Shown one piece after another: positions 63,369 through 64,000 of a DNA stretch of 64,000 nt. The notes under the pieces are model-generated. The model was not told where the DNA came from. It saw only the letters and a list, made by a program, of their open reading frames with translations, and searched no databases. The stretch is from positions 1-64,000 of the forward strand of contig CAVPXI010000013.1 in the NCBI GenBank assembly GCA_963709585.1. The letters are read 5' to 3'. This stretch comes from Candidatus Dormiibacterota bacterium. Lineage in GTDB: Bacteria; Chloroflexota; Dormibacteria; Aeolococcales; Aeolococcaceae. A program made the translations under genes and the position numbers. Each line of letters opens with the position of its first letter. Position 1 is the stretch's first letter.

Positions 63369-64000
63369 ATGGGAAGGCGCCCCTTTCGTCTGCTCGTCGC
63401 GGCGGTGGTCATTGTGGGAGGCGTCAACGGCGTGATGCTCGTCGTGGCACCGGTACTGCGACAGACGATCGTGGTCGACGACTTCTCCGAGACCCTGTCG
63501 GCACTCCTGGCGGCGACCGCCTGCCTCATCACCGCGGCTCGAGGCCGGGGTCGCACCAGGCAGGCTTGGGGGCTGATCGGCGTCGCTGCAGGCTTGTGGG
63601 GTCTCGGCCAGGCGGCCTGGACCTACCAGGAAGTCTTTCTCCACCTGGCCCCAGCGACCCTCTTTCCCTCGTTTCCGGATCTGGGCTACCTGCTCTCGGT
63701 ACCGTTCGCGATCGCCGGCCTGCTCCGTCTCCCCGGAGCCGCCACCACCAACGAGGCGCGGATGCGTACGGTGCTCGATGGCGTGTTGATCGCCGGCGGA
63801 TTGCTATTCATCAGCTGGGACGTTGTGCTCGGACCCGTGTACGCGTCGTCCTCAACAGACACCTTTGCGCAGATCGTCGGTCTCGCCTACCCGATCAGCG
63901 ATATCGCGATGGTGACCATCGTGGTGCTCACGCTGTCGCGCCTGCATGCCGGACAGCGACTGCCGCTCGTCCTGCTTGCGTTTGGCGTCCTGCTCAATGC
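63369..64000 (+). CDS. Multi-TM N-terminal sensor region of a signalling protein (3' partial)
   Basis: Hand translation: AWGLIG...FPSFPDLGYL...LDGVLIAGG...LAYPISDI, a membrane region I recall from GGDEF/kinase proteins. Confidence 0.7.
   Translation, partial: MGRRPFRLLVAAVVIVGGVNGVMLVVAPVLRQTIVVDDFSETLSALLAATACLITAARGRGRTRQAWGLIGVAAGLWGLGQAAWTYQEVFLHLAPATLFPSFPDLGYLLSVPFAIAGLLRLPGAATTNEARMRTVLDGVLIAGGLLFISWDVVLGPVYASSSTDTFAQIVGLAYPISDIAMVTIVVLTLSRLHAGQRLPLVLLAFGVLLN

Overview
High-GC bacterial DNA (Actinomycetota- or Dormibacterota-like gene content; taxonomy is inferred, not proven) that looks accessory throughout. Four co-oriented copies of the 3' half of tRNA-Pro(GGG) on the minus strand (about 11.8, 15.2, 56.4 and 59.4 kb), plus a likely fifth decayed copy at 2.65 kb, each carry a conserved ~72-100 bp flank. 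They divide the window into modules, and I recognised no integrase. This suggests a tandem, tRNA-anchored array of cargo cassettes. The largest module (~15.3-56.4 kb) is a hypoxia/fermentation island: DevR/DevS(DosRS)-like two-component system, group 3b [NiFe]-hydrogenase divergent from a pyruvate:ferredoxin oxidoreductase operon, GAPDH, malic enzyme, aldehyde dehydrogenase, tryptophanase, a GNAT/acyl-CoA synthetase, three USPs, a Rieske-less cytochrome b cassette and uncharacterised paralog pairs. About 20 DevR-box-like 14-mers lie in its promoter regions. Many apparent frameshifts are single-base insertions inside GAGTC/GACTC, which suggests methylation-linked sequencing errors rather than real pseudogenes. 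All motif work was done by eye, with no database searches.
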